DNA of 20,000 nucleotides from an uncultured virus (IMG/VR IMGVR_UViG_3300028800_000080) (lineage: Duplodnaviria; Heunggongvirae; Uroviricota; Caudoviricetes), in the IMG/VR virus record IMGVR_UViG_3300028800_000080. One strand, written 5' to 3'. This document shows positions 1-8,708 of this stretch, one piece after another. The notes under the pieces were generated by a model. The model was not told the DNA's origin and searched no databases. It saw only the letters and a program-made list of their open reading frames with translations. Every line of letters starts with the position of its first letter. Position 1 is the stretch's first letter. The position numbers were made by a program, and so were the translations under genes.

Positions 1-2
1 CG

Positions 3-128
3 GCTATTCTCAAAAAGGCCCTGGAGCTGGCTGTTGAGAACAAGTGGGAAACGGAACAAATCCAGGACTACATCACCACCGAGGTGATGAAGCTAGAGGT
101 TGAGCGCCGCAACAAAGTCCGGGACTGA
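3..128 (+). CDS. Tail assembly chaperone (gpG-like), 3' end only
   Basis: Open frame from the window edge (...AILKKALELAVENKWETEQIQDYITTEVMKLEVERRNKVRD) to TGA at 126-128. It lies upstream of the tape measure gene and overlaps a -1 frame ORF, the typical G/GT arrangement. Confidence 0.55.
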   Translation, partial: AILKKALELAVENKWETEQIQDYITTEVMKLEVERRNKVRD

Positions 129-355
129 CCGAGGACCCAGCCTTTCGCGGCATGGCCGCAATAGCCCAGCCTACTTGGGCTGAGGTCCAGTTTCTGGATT
201 CCCTGGTGTTGGAGGCTATTAACATAGTCAAGGGCGAGATGAACGGCGATAAATTCCTTTGGGAGAAGGAGTACCGCGACCCTAAGACGGGCATCACTAT
301 GATAGGCGTCTGGAAAAGCGTGTTAGATGAGGAGAAGGAGTCCCAGGCAAGATAG
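104..355 (+). CDS. Tail assembly chaperone extension (gpT-like), probably expressed by frameshift
   Basis: The -1 frame is open from 104 (after TGA 101-103) to TAG 353-355. ATG 152 lacks a well-spaced SD. The LTEDPAFR...IVKGEMNGDKFLW segment resembles gpT-like chaperone tails (from memory). Confidence 0.5.
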   Translation, partial: APQQSPGLTEDPAFRGMAAIAQPTWAEVQFLDSLVLEAINIVKGEMNGDKFLWEKEYRDPKTGITMIGVWKSVLDEEKESQAR

Positions 356-378
356 CTACCAACGGCGAAAGCATTTGA

Positions 379-867
379 GTGGAGTTTCGCGGGCTGAACG
401 AGTTGATTGCACACACCGTGAAGGTGGCGGCTTTGTGCGATGAAGCGGTTCACGAGGGGTTGGAGGGGGTAACGAGCAAGCTACTGAGTGATACTCGTGC
501 TACGTTCGGCCACTACCAGGAAGGCGCGGGTCCGTTCGGCGCTTGGCCCGAGTTAGCGGAACGCACTAAAGCCGACCGTGTCGCGTTAGGCTTCTCTGAG
601 AATGACCCGTTAATGCGCAGCGGTGAGTTGCGCGACAGTTATTACAAACTAGTTCAAGGTATGGAAGGCGGCGTAGGTTCCGATTTGGGCAAGGCGCTAG
701 GCATGGAGATAGGTGACCCTATCAAGAATATCCCTGCGCGTTCCACCATCGGATTGACGTTCGCACGCACGGAGAAACGGTTGTTTGAGGAGTTGGGCTT
801 ACCCGTTGATGCTCTGCTCATACAAGGCGCTGTCCGTAAAATGTTTTCCTCTATAAATAGGCGGTAA
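379..867 (+). CDS. Virion morphogenesis / tail completion protein (P2 gpS / Mu gpG / HK97 gp10-like)
   Basis: Motif WPELAERTKADR...DPLMRSGELRDS...IPARS is typical of the phage virion morphogenesis family. Located in the tail operon. Confidence 0.7.
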   Translation: MEFRGLNELIAHTVKVAALCDEAVHEGLEGVTSKLLSDTRATFGHYQEGAGPFGAWPELAERTKADRVALGFSENDPLMRSGELRDSYYKLVQGMEGGVGSDLGKALGMEIGDPIKNIPARSTIGLTFARTEKRLFEELGLPVDALLIQGAVRKMFSSINRR

Positions 868-872
868 GTCCG

Positions 873-3425
873 ATTTTTGCAGCCTGGCGAGTCGCAGTAG
901 TACTTTCAGCCCGTAACCTCACCGGGCCAGCATTCGGCGCTCTTGTCGCTGATGCAGGCAAGGCCGAGGCAGCTACTGCGCGTCTCAACTCGCTGATGCG
1001 CAGCCTAGGTGTAGGTGCGGCCATTGGCGCAATTGCGGTAGGCGCTGCGCTGGAATACGGTATCGGAAAGGGCATTCAGAAGGCGTCTGAGCTTCAGTCA
1101 GCGCTGAAGAGCCTCCAGGTCACCACGGGCGTTAGCAATCCTACGTTGGACCGCATTCACGACCTGGCGTTATCCGTAACGGGCGCTACGTCTCAGTCTA
1201 TCCAACAGATTCTGAGTGAGTTTCAATCCGGCGTCCGGGGAGGTTTAACTCCAGGGCAGCTGATGGGCAACAACGGTGCGTTGTTCCGTAAGATGGCTTA
1301 CTTCTCGGACGTGCTTTACCGCACACCAGGATTAGGTACGGACCCGAATGAGTCCATGTACGACATCGCCAAAATCTCGCATATGCTTGGCGCGTATTCG
1401 CCTAAAGCTATGGGCGATGTCACAGAAGACATCTACGCTGCGATGCGCACGGGACCGTTCGAGCTGGATAAGATGGTCACGCAGGGCAAGTACTTCATGT
1501 CCCTGTTCCACAATCTAGGCGCGTCCAACAAAGACATTATCGCAATGACGTCCTTCATGGGCCAGCTAGGCTACATGCAGGGTCGTGGCGGTACGGGTAT
1601 GCAGGCTATCGCGCTGGGCCTCATCAACGCAGCCCAGATGACGACCTCTCGCCAAGCCAAGCAGAAGAACGCTCTGAAGGACCTGGGCCTCATCGGTCCG
1701 AACGGACAGAGCCTCTACATGAGTCACGAGCGCCAGGCTGATGGTACGTATAAGAACCATTGGGACGTCATGGGCATGATGTCTCATCTTGTCTCGTTTG
1801 CCAAGTACCATCCGGCAGTAACCTTCGCAGGACTCATCAACAGCGCTCTGGGTCGTATCGCAGTCCCGTTAGTTTCGGCGGCGTCTATGGGACAGGCTTA
1901 CGAGCAGTTTCTAAAAATCTACGCCGAGCAGCAAAAGCTTAAGCGGGAGATGCCCATTGAGAAGGCGCAGCAGGAGCTGGTCTACGGCACTTTCAAGGGC
2001 GCATCAGGGCTGCTTAAGACGAACATTGAGAGCGCAATAGCTGAGATATTCCTGCCTCTCACTAACACGCTGATTCCGTATATCACTAAGCTAGCGAGCG
2101 TGTTCCTGCAAATAGCCATATTTGCTCGTCAACACCCTGCAGCGATGCTCACGGCTACTCTCACCGCAGCGGCTACGGGCCTTGTGCTGATAGTGGGCGG
2201 TGCGGCAGCACTAGCGCGTATGTCGTGGGTCGCTTATGCGGGCCTACGAGCACTTTCCCGGATGGAGGGCGAGCAAACAGTGGCCTCAGCCGCAGCAGGT
2301 GGCGGCGGCTTGTTGGGTAAATTGTTCGGGGGCCTAGCAATTGGCGGCTGGCTTAAGAATGCGTTTTCCGGCGTCGGCAAGTATTTGTTGGGTGAGGGTT
2401 TCGTAGCCAACGCAGGCTTTGGCGGCCACATGATCTACAAAGCAGGCGCGATTGCTGAGGGTCTGGGCGGCAATTTAGAGAGCAACATGGCTATTCGCGG
2501 CTTCATAATGCGGGTGCTGCCGCTAATTGGCGCAGCCTTCTCTCGGGTAGGGGCCTCGCTCATACCGCTTGTGGGCGAAGTGTTCATGTTCATTACCGCT
2601 ATCCAGTTGCTGAAGGGTCACGCTACGAACGTCGGCTGGGTACTGGGCACTATGGCTCGCTGGATTACGCACTCGTTCTGGCCGGGCGTTCTCTGGGCGT
2701 TCAGCGCAGGCTTTACCAACTCCAAGGGCAGCCTGTCTAAGATGTTTACAGGTAATGTGACCGATTGGTTCCGTGACGCGATAGACGCTTACGAGGCGGC
2801 GTTACATGGCGAGTCCTTGCACCATTACCGCTTAAAGAAGTACGGTCCCCAGGGACGTAAACCCGGCGCGGATGAGCTTACTTTGGCGATGGAGGGCAAA
2901 GGTCCTTGGGCGTTCGACAACCTGGTTCTAAAGCCTCTCGGTGTGAAGCTAGGTCAGTTCGGCAATTTCATGAAGCAGTGCTTCTACACGGCCACTAATT
3001 TCGTTGAGCAGCAACTCAGGCGATTTGACTCCTGGAATCGCAGCATCTGGCAGAGCATCATCAACACGATAACGCAGTCCATTTTGAAAATACCAGCGCT
3101 GTTCAGCGCTCTGAGTGCTAATATTGCGGCTAAGATTCACTCTATACCCTTCATCGGGGACAAACTGGTACCTAACGCTCCTAGTGGAGCAGCGCATCCA
3201 CACGCCACCGTGCGACGAGTAAGTGCGACGCATCCACACGCCCCCGTGCGCGTAGGCGATATCACTATCCACGTGAATGGCGCAGGGAACCCGAAGCAGG
3301 TGGCTGACGCGGTGATGAATCTGCTGGTGAAACACGGGGGCCTGCAGCAGCGAGCGCAAGGGGGCCAAGCGACCAGCCCGTTCAGCATTGAGTCGCAGCT
3401 GGGGCTAGTAGGAGTGCCGGGCTAA
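873..3425 (+). CDS. Tail tape measure protein (about 850 aa from proposed ATT start; 809 aa from ATG 996)
   Basis: Long Ala/Gly/Leu-rich helical protein with a TMP-like core (MGQLGYMQGRGGTGM...KNALKDLGL), central hydrophobic segments and a C-terminal ITIHVNGAGNPKQVADAV motif. The frame is open from 861. Confidence 0.9.
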   Translation: MFAAWRVAVVLSARNLTGPAFGALVADAGKAEAATARLNSLMRSLGVGAAIGAIAVGAALEYGIGKGIQKASELQSALKSLQVTTGVSNPTLDRIHDLALSVTGATSQSIQQILSEFQSGVRGGLTPGQLMGNNGALFRKMAYFSDVLYRTPGLGTDPNESMYDIAKISHMLGAYSPKAMGDVTEDIYAAMRTGPFELDKMVTQGKYFMSLFHNLGASNKDIIAMTSFMGQLGYMQGRGGTGMQAIALGLINAAQMTTSRQAKQKNALKDLGLIGPNGQSLYMSHERQADGTYKNHWDVMGMMSHLVSFAKYHPAVTFAGLINSALGRIAVPLVSAASMGQAYEQFLKIYAEQQKLKREMPIEKAQQELVYGTFKGASGLLKTNIESAIAEIFLPLTNTLIPYITKLASVFLQIAIFARQHPAAMLTATLTAAATGLVLIVGGAAALARMSWVAYAGLRALSRMEGEQTVASAAAGGGGLLGKLFGGLAIGGWLKNAFSGVGKYLLGEGFVANAGFGGHMIYKAGAIAEGLGGNLESNMAIRGFIMRVLPLIGAAFSRVGASLIPLVGEVFMFITAIQLLKGHATNVGWVLGTMARWITHSFWPGVLWAFSAGFTNSKGSLSKMFTGNVTDWFRDAIDAYEAALHGESLHHYRLKKYGPQGRKPGADELTLAMEGKGPWAFDNLVLKPLGVKLGQFGNFMKQCFYTATNFVEQQLRRFDSWNRSIWQSIINTITQSILKIPALFSALSANIAAKIHSIPFIGDKLVPNAPSGAAHPHATVRRVSATHPHAPVRVGDITIHVNGAGNPKQVADAVMNLLVKHGGLQQRAQGGQATSPFSIESQLGLVGVPG
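3193..3250 (+). repeat. 22-bp imperfect direct repeat (36-bp period) in TMP C-terminus
   Basis: cgcatccacacgccaccgtgcg (3193-3214) and cgcatccacacgcccccgtgcg (3229-3250) encode HPHATVR / HPHAPVR. Confidence 0.85.
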
Positions 3426-4363
3426 TGCCGGATGATTTAGGCTTCAATATAGGTGGGGTAGACCTTTTCCGGTTTGAAGTGCCGGAGGAGTTTGACTTCG
3501 GTCACGAGTCTGTGTCCGTCACTCACAAGTACATCACGACGGGCGGCACGCCTATCATCCAGATTCAGGACATGGGCTCGTTCCCTCTGCCAACTGAATG
3601 GGAGGGCATACTCTACTACGTAGACGCTATTGACCGAGCACTCCAGTTAGACGCTCTTCAAACGAGTCAGGACCCCAACTACCCCGTCAAGTGGACTTAT
3701 GGGCCTCTGCAGTTTGTGGTCTACATCAAGTATTTCAAATTCACCGTACGTACCAATTTTGAGATTCACTACAAAATCTCACTTGAAGTCATCAGCTCTA
3801 CTTCGCAAGGAGCAGGGCCGAACGGCGGCGTAACGCAAGGTTTCAGTACTCAGCTCATTGAGAACTGGCATAACGGACAGATGGGTCTGCAGCAAATGCA
3901 GCAGTTTGACGCTAACTTGCCTGAGGATATCATTGTTAATGCGCAGACCGTGGACACGCTCTTAGCAGCAGCGCAGCCCCTTTCAGCCCAGACGCCGGAT
4001 ACACTCGCAGCCCTTTCGAGCGCCATCACACCCTTGCTCGCAGCCTTCACGGACTACATGACGCCGTTGCAAGATGCTACGACATTGACGGCCCTGAATC
4101 AATTGCTGTCTACTCAGTCCGCGTACAACGGCTACGCCCTACTCCGGCAGAACGTAAATGAGCTTTACGGATTGGGCCCCGATTACATTGCGGTCGCTTA
4201 CGGTTTCACGGGTAACCTTTTCGCGCTCGCCTCCAGGGTCTACCCCACCCAGGACGTTGCTGCTATGGCTACGAATATAGCTGTGGCTAACGGTCTGGTG
4301 GACTATTGGATTCTTACGCCGACTGATATTGTCCTGCCGCAAGTCTTTCTTCCGGTGACGTAA
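3425..4363 (+). CDS. Tail tube initiator (gpU-like) with C-terminal LysM/gpX-like domain
   Basis: Directly follows the TMP (TAATG overlap). The N-terminal beta-rich domain reads FEVPEEFDFG...EWEG...YIKYFKF. The C-terminal GNLFALASRVY...NIAVANGL..Y....IVLP has a LysM-like pattern. Confidence 0.65.
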   Translation: MPDDLGFNIGGVDLFRFEVPEEFDFGHESVSVTHKYITTGGTPIIQIQDMGSFPLPTEWEGILYYVDAIDRALQLDALQTSQDPNYPVKWTYGPLQFVVYIKYFKFTVRTNFEIHYKISLEVISSTSQGAGPNGGVTQGFSTQLIENWHNGQMGLQQMQQFDANLPEDIIVNAQTVDTLLAAAQPLSAQTPDTLAALSSAITPLLAAFTDYMTPLQDATTLTALNQLLSTQSAYNGYALLRQNVNELYGLGPDYIAVAYGFTGNLFALASRVYPTQDVAAMATNIAVANGLVDYWILTPTDIVLPQVFLPVT

Positions 4364-5418
4364 TGGCTGAATCTGAAATCAACAAGCCGCTATTTACAGC
4401 GGCGTTGAACGGTACTAGTCTGCCCTCGAAGGAGATACGCATTGAACAAAGTACTTACGGACAAGCGGATGTCATCTACTCCACCATCGTGTGCTCAAAA
4501 GCCACTGAAGATTACGGAGCTGTCTCGCAGTCAGGTAAGTATTTGCCCCTCACGATTCAAGCCGGAATGGTCGGGGGTTCCGTGGAACAAGTGCAGTATG
4601 CTTATTTGGATGAGATTAACACGGATTATGCGCTGGATGAGATTGAGTTTTCAGCGCGGGGGCTGCTGTCGGTTCTGCTGGATACTAAGATATCACTGAA
4701 GGCGTCCCTCAACGTTGATGTGACGACCGCCATTAGCAACGTCATTACGAACCTTGGCATGCAGGCGAACGTCAACAACGGACAACCGTCAGGCATTGAC
4801 GCGGGCAACCTGCTAGTGAATGACTTCTCCACGATGACGAAGAACATTAAGGCGATGGACTACATCAACCTATTAGCCTTTGGCGTGGGCTGGCGTCCCC
4901 GAGTACAAGGCAACGTCATCATCGTTGGACCGCCCCCTTACTCCGCTCCGGTTCTCTCAAAGAGTGTGGCGGAGGGCGGGCTAATCAAGTGCAACGTCAA
5001 GCATAGCGCTCTTCATGCGCACGATATCAGCGTGCGAGTGGTGTCCTACGTCCCTAACCACAAGACGCGAGTGGTGGCTACGGCGGGTACGACGGGACAA
5101 GGGGGGGACACGACGGATGAGCAGTACGTGTTCAGTATCCCCGGCCTGGACCAAAATTCAGCCAACTATCGCGCCACCCAGATTCAGGCTGAGCTATCGC
5201 GCCATGAATTCATCTTGGAGATGGAGTTTGCGCTAGATAGTTACACGCTGCCCTTCCTAGTGAAGAACAGCCCCGAGTTTCAGATTCAGCTGGAAGATGC
5301 TTCGCAGGAATCCCACAATCAACTCTACACTCCGCGCCGGGTGAACTGGTATTGGGACCAGGATAAGGGCGGATACATCAATATCGTAGCAGTCAATCAC
5401 GCGGAGCCGCAAGGGTAG
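4363..5418 (+). CDS. Baseplate hub protein (P2 gpD / Mu gp44-like)
   Basis: 351 aa, located between the initiator and spike genes. Contains hub-like segments (IEFSARGLLSVLLDTK; DISVRVVSY; YVFSIPGLDQ..A..RA..I..EL). Confidence 0.7.
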   Translation: MAESEINKPLFTAALNGTSLPSKEIRIEQSTYGQADVIYSTIVCSKATEDYGAVSQSGKYLPLTIQAGMVGGSVEQVQYAYLDEINTDYALDEIEFSARGLLSVLLDTKISLKASLNVDVTTAISNVITNLGMQANVNNGQPSGIDAGNLLVNDFSTMTKNIKAMDYINLLAFGVGWRPRVQGNVIIVGPPPYSAPVLSKSVAEGGLIKCNVKHSALHAHDISVRVVSYVPNHKTRVVATAGTTGQGGDTTDEQYVFSIPGLDQNSANYRATQIQAELSRHEFILEMEFALDSYTLPFLVKNSPEFQIQLEDASQESHNQLYTPRRVNWYWDQDKGGYINIVAVNHAEPQG

Positions 5419-5419
5419 T

Positions 5420-6445
5420 ATGCCGACTACATCTGATTTCTGGGCGATGTCTCGTGCGCAATCCGCCTCGCAACCGCAGCACGTCAAACTGACGTTTGGT
5501 GAGCTGTCCGCCTACGACCCGGCTACGCATACAGGCAAGTTCAAGCTTGTCATGTTCTCAGACCAGGCCGACCCCACGGGCAACACGCCGATTGAGACAG
5601 GCTTCCTCCAGATAATGACGCCCTACGTGGGCGAGCTAGATTCGCAGGGCAACCCTACTGGCATGCAGTTTGTGCCGAAGCTTGGCGCTCAGTCACTTGT
5701 GCTGTTTGCTGATGAAGCAGGCATGCACGCTATCTGCGGCCTCCTCCTCTATAACGCAGGCGGTGATGCACCTCCGTTCCCGGGTGGCAAGATTAACGGC
5801 TGGAAGGACCCCAATCTAGCGCACGTCACCACTACGGTAGATGGCGCTATACCCGGCGACGGCGCAGGCGCAGCGAGACTGGGCGGTAACGGCTACACTC
5901 AAGTATCTACTCAAGGGGGGCACTCCTCCTACCAAGACGACATAGCTCAGAAGGTCGGCATATTGTCGGCGGCGGGCCATAGCGTTCTTCTGAATGACGC
6001 AGGCCAGATTCTCAGCATTGTGTCGAAGGGCGGCCATACGTTCCATCTGGACGATGCGGGTCAGGTAGTAAGCATCCTCTCGACTGGCGGCCATCACATC
6101 AACATGAACGACGCGACCGGCGTTATGGGGCTATTGCCTGTGGGCGGTCTGACTCCGACGTTGAATCTCGGCTCTATCATTGGCGGTGGAGCTAGCATGC
6201 ACCCGGCTATCGGTAAAAATGATATTGACACCTTACTACATGACTCTTCTACGGGCATAGATAAGTTGCGCTCTTTGGACCAGACAGCGATGGTGAACGC
6301 TATTGCTAATGGGTTAGCAGGCTCAGGTTTCCTGGTGGGGGGACCCGCAGCATCGGTGGTTGCAGCAGCTATCAACGGCTTCTTGGGGTCTTTAACTGCT
6401 TCTGTCACACCTAACGGCTCAGCTATGGTGAACCTCCATGAATAG
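5420..6445 (+). CDS. Baseplate central spike (gpV / gp5-like)
   Basis: N-terminal OB-fold-like gpV motif (GELSAYDPATHTGK...ETGFLQI...P..GAQ.LV.F), followed by four ~20-aa S-x-GGH-x4-D(D) beta repeats. Confidence 0.75.
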   Translation: MPTTSDFWAMSRAQSASQPQHVKLTFGELSAYDPATHTGKFKLVMFSDQADPTGNTPIETGFLQIMTPYVGELDSQGNPTGMQFVPKLGAQSLVLFADEAGMHAICGLLLYNAGGDAPPFPGGKINGWKDPNLAHVTTTVDGAIPGDGAGAARLGGNGYTQVSTQGGHSSYQDDIAQKVGILSAAGHSVLLNDAGQILSIVSKGGHTFHLDDAGQVVSILSTGGHHINMNDATGVMGLLPVGGLTPTLNLGSIIGGGASMHPAIGKNDIDTLLHDSSTGIDKLRSLDQTAMVNAIANGLAGSGFLVGGPAASVVAAAINGFLGSLTASVTPNGSAMVNLHE

Positions 6446-6484
6446 CCAGGTAGCTTACTTACACTTCACGAAGAAGGAACAGTT

Positions 6485-6901
6485 ATGCCTGATTTTGCGT
6501 TAGACTGGGGCGGCGACCTGGATTATAGCGATACGGGCGACTGGTTAACGGTTGACGGCGCAGCCCTGTTTGTCCAGCGCGCAGTGCGTCGGGCGCTCAC
6601 GAATAGCTACTCTCCGCCAGGCGTGGACGGCAACGGTGAGATTCCTTCAGATAACGTCTTCATTACGAATTACGGTGGCAACTTGCGAGCGGCAGTAGAT
6701 ACTAAGAACAGTAAGTTGAACTGGGACAGTATCAAGCAAACATTCATTCGACAGATTCAAGTCGAAGCGGAGGCAGAGCGGTTGCGTACCGTGACGGCGG
6801 ATATTTCAGTTACCGGGTCGGGCAGTTGCGCGACCATCGAAGGCACGATTTCCGTGGGCAAGAATCCTATTGTACCTATTCCTTTGATTGAGTTGACTTA
6901 G
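6485..6901 (+). CDS. Baseplate wedge gp25/gpW-like protein
   Basis: WGGDL..S.TGD...VDG....QR.VRR.LTN...NYGGNL is gp25/gp46-like. SD AAGGA upstream. Sits between the spike and baseplate J. Confidence 0.75.
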   Translation: MPDFALDWGGDLDYSDTGDWLTVDGAALFVQRAVRRALTNSYSPPGVDGNGEIPSDNVFITNYGGNLRAAVDTKNSKLNWDSIKQTFIRQIQVEAEAERLRTVTADISVTGSGSCATIEGTISVGKNPIVPIPLIELT

Positions 6902-8037
6902 TGGCTACTATAACGACCTACTCTTGGCAAGACTTTGTAGACGCAATGATTGCGACAGCGTCTACGGCGACCCCGAACCTGACGGATTTTACGCCAGGCT
7001 CTATTGCTTTGGCGATGTTCATGGCGGTAGCGGGCGTAGCTACCATGTTGCAGAGCATGATTCTAACCGTTCAGAACGGCATGCGGCTCCAGACGAGTCA
7101 AGGCTCGCAGGTAGACTCGTTCCTGGCTGACTGGGGTGCCTCTCGGCAAGACTCACGTGCCGCAACGGGCCAAGTCACGTTAGGTCGCATTCTTACGGCG
7201 GCAACAATCCACATCTCCCCCGGCGCGGTCATTCAGACCAGCGTTGACCGCATCAAGTTCAACATCGTAGCGGACCCTGGCAATATCACGGGCAATTGGG
7301 ATAGCGGTTCTAGTACGTACATCTTCCCCAGCGGTCAAAGCACGTTGAACGTGTTAGTGCAGGCGGTTGTCTCCGGTTCGGGGGGCAACATTATTGCGAA
7401 CACCCTGACCCAGATAGTCAGCGGGTTGGGCGGCGTGAACACCGTTTTTAATGCGCTACCGTTTACGACGGGTCTGGACACCGTTTCGGATGATTCGGCT
7501 AAGGCTGATTTCCAGCAGTCCTACATACCCGCACTCGGTACAGGTAACTACGCAGCCATTGCTCGCGCTGTGAAGGGCGTAGGCGGCAACCTCACGCACA
7601 ACGTCATCCCCCAGCAGCATCTCGACGGCTCAGCCTTCGTTTCAGGCTACACGGTAACCGTGGATGACGGCACGGGCGCTATTTCGGGCGCTACTTTGAC
7701 GGCGGTAGCTACTGCGCTGGACAGCGTTAGGGCGGCGGGCGATATTCCTGAGGTTCAAGCGCCTAACAATTTGCTTGTCAATGTGCAAATGCACATGCTT
7801 CCCAGCAGCACGTCTGTCGCGTCTGTCGTACAGGCGGCAGTACAGGCGTCTATCAGCGACTACATGAACAACCTCGGCGCAGGAGCGACGGTAGTAAGCT
7901 TTGCTGACGTGTTAGCGCTGGCTCAGAGCGTGCCAAGTGTGCTGTCCGTGACGGGCCTTCAACTCAACGGCACGGGCGCTGATGTGCCGGTGACGCCGGT
8001 TCAGTTGCCTCGGATAGGAACCGTCACCTTTGTATAG
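6901..8037 (+). CDS. Baseplate J-like protein
   Basis: DFTPGS, LQTSQGSQVD, AATGQVT, G..GN, V.N..PFT.G.D motifs are characteristic of Baseplate_J. Confidence 0.9.
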   Translation: MATITTYSWQDFVDAMIATASTATPNLTDFTPGSIALAMFMAVAGVATMLQSMILTVQNGMRLQTSQGSQVDSFLADWGASRQDSRAATGQVTLGRILTAATIHISPGAVIQTSVDRIKFNIVADPGNITGNWDSGSSTYIFPSGQSTLNVLVQAVVSGSGGNIIANTLTQIVSGLGGVNTVFNALPFTTGLDTVSDDSAKADFQQSYIPALGTGNYAAIARAVKGVGGNLTHNVIPQQHLDGSAFVSGYTVTVDDGTGAISGATLTAVATALDSVRAAGDIPEVQAPNNLLVNVQMHMLPSSTSVASVVQAAVQASISDYMNNLGAGATVVSFADVLALAQSVPSVLSVTGLQLNGTGADVPVTPVQLPRIGTVTFV

Positions 8038-8707
8038 CCTCGCAGATTTCACGGGGCGGCTGGTCACTCTGTGGACGTCAGTATGGTCAAGCAGTGATTC
8101 GGTCGTGAACGGTGGCGTCATAGGAGCGCTTACCGGCTACGCTACGGTGTTCCCCATGCTCAAGGGCACTCTGGATTCCCTGCAGACGCAGGGCCGTGTG
8201 ATCAGTTCAGTGGACAGCGCTCTTGAGGGCTGGTCTAATGACCTGTTCGGTGAGGGCGTGTTCCCCCGAGGCTTGAACTACGACGCTGTTCACAACGTCT
8301 GGGTCGCCATTGATGACCCGACCTATGCGACGCTCATTAAAAACAACCTCATTCTGCCTCAGAACACGGTTGGGGGCTTACAGGCTCGAATCACAAACTA
8401 CCTCACGTACTACTATCAGCAGGACCGCGACAGTATGTCCCTCGACACAGGTGGGGGCCTCGACACAGGTGGGGGCCTCGATGGCGGCGGCTACAGCGCC
8501 GTGCCGACTGTGGAAGTGTTCGACTTGCGAAGCGACCCCACTAAGGCTGCGACACTGGGTATTACCCAGGGGCAATTCTGTGTACTTTTCCGTTTCGGAG
8601 GCTCCACTTTAAGAGTGATTACTGGGTTGACTCCCGAACTAACAGATTTAGTAAATGGCTGGAAGGCACAAGGCAAGACAGTAGTTTACGCCGACGACCA
8701 AGGATAA
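8030..8707 (+). CDS. Baseplate wedge protein (P2 gpI / Mu gp48-like)
   Basis: Follows baseplate J and precedes the fibre. Contains LEGWSNDLFG...DDPTYATLIK...NT..G, and a C-terminal V..WKAQG..V pattern typical of gpI-like proteins. Confidence 0.65.
   Translation: MYSLADFTGRLVTLWTSVWSSSDSVVNGGVIGALTGYATVFPMLKGTLDSLQTQGRVISSVDSALEGWSNDLFGEGVFPRGLNYDAVHNVWVAIDDPTYATLIKNNLILPQNTVGGLQARITNYLTYYYQQDRDSMSLDTGGGLDTGGGLDGGGYSAVPTVEVFDLRSDPTKAATLGITQGQFCVLFRFGGSTLRVITGLTPELTDLVNGWKAQGKTVVYADDQG
8440..8481 (+). repeat. Perfect 18-bp tandem repeat (2.3 copies)
   Basis: cctcgacacaggtggggg x2 followed by cctcga, encoding LDTGGG-LDTGGG-LD. Confidence 0.95.
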
Positions 8708-8708
8708 A

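Noticed and set aside
6438..6503. 21-codon ORF bridging the spike and gp25-like genes
   Set aside because: Too short, no motif, and the downstream gene has its own SD.
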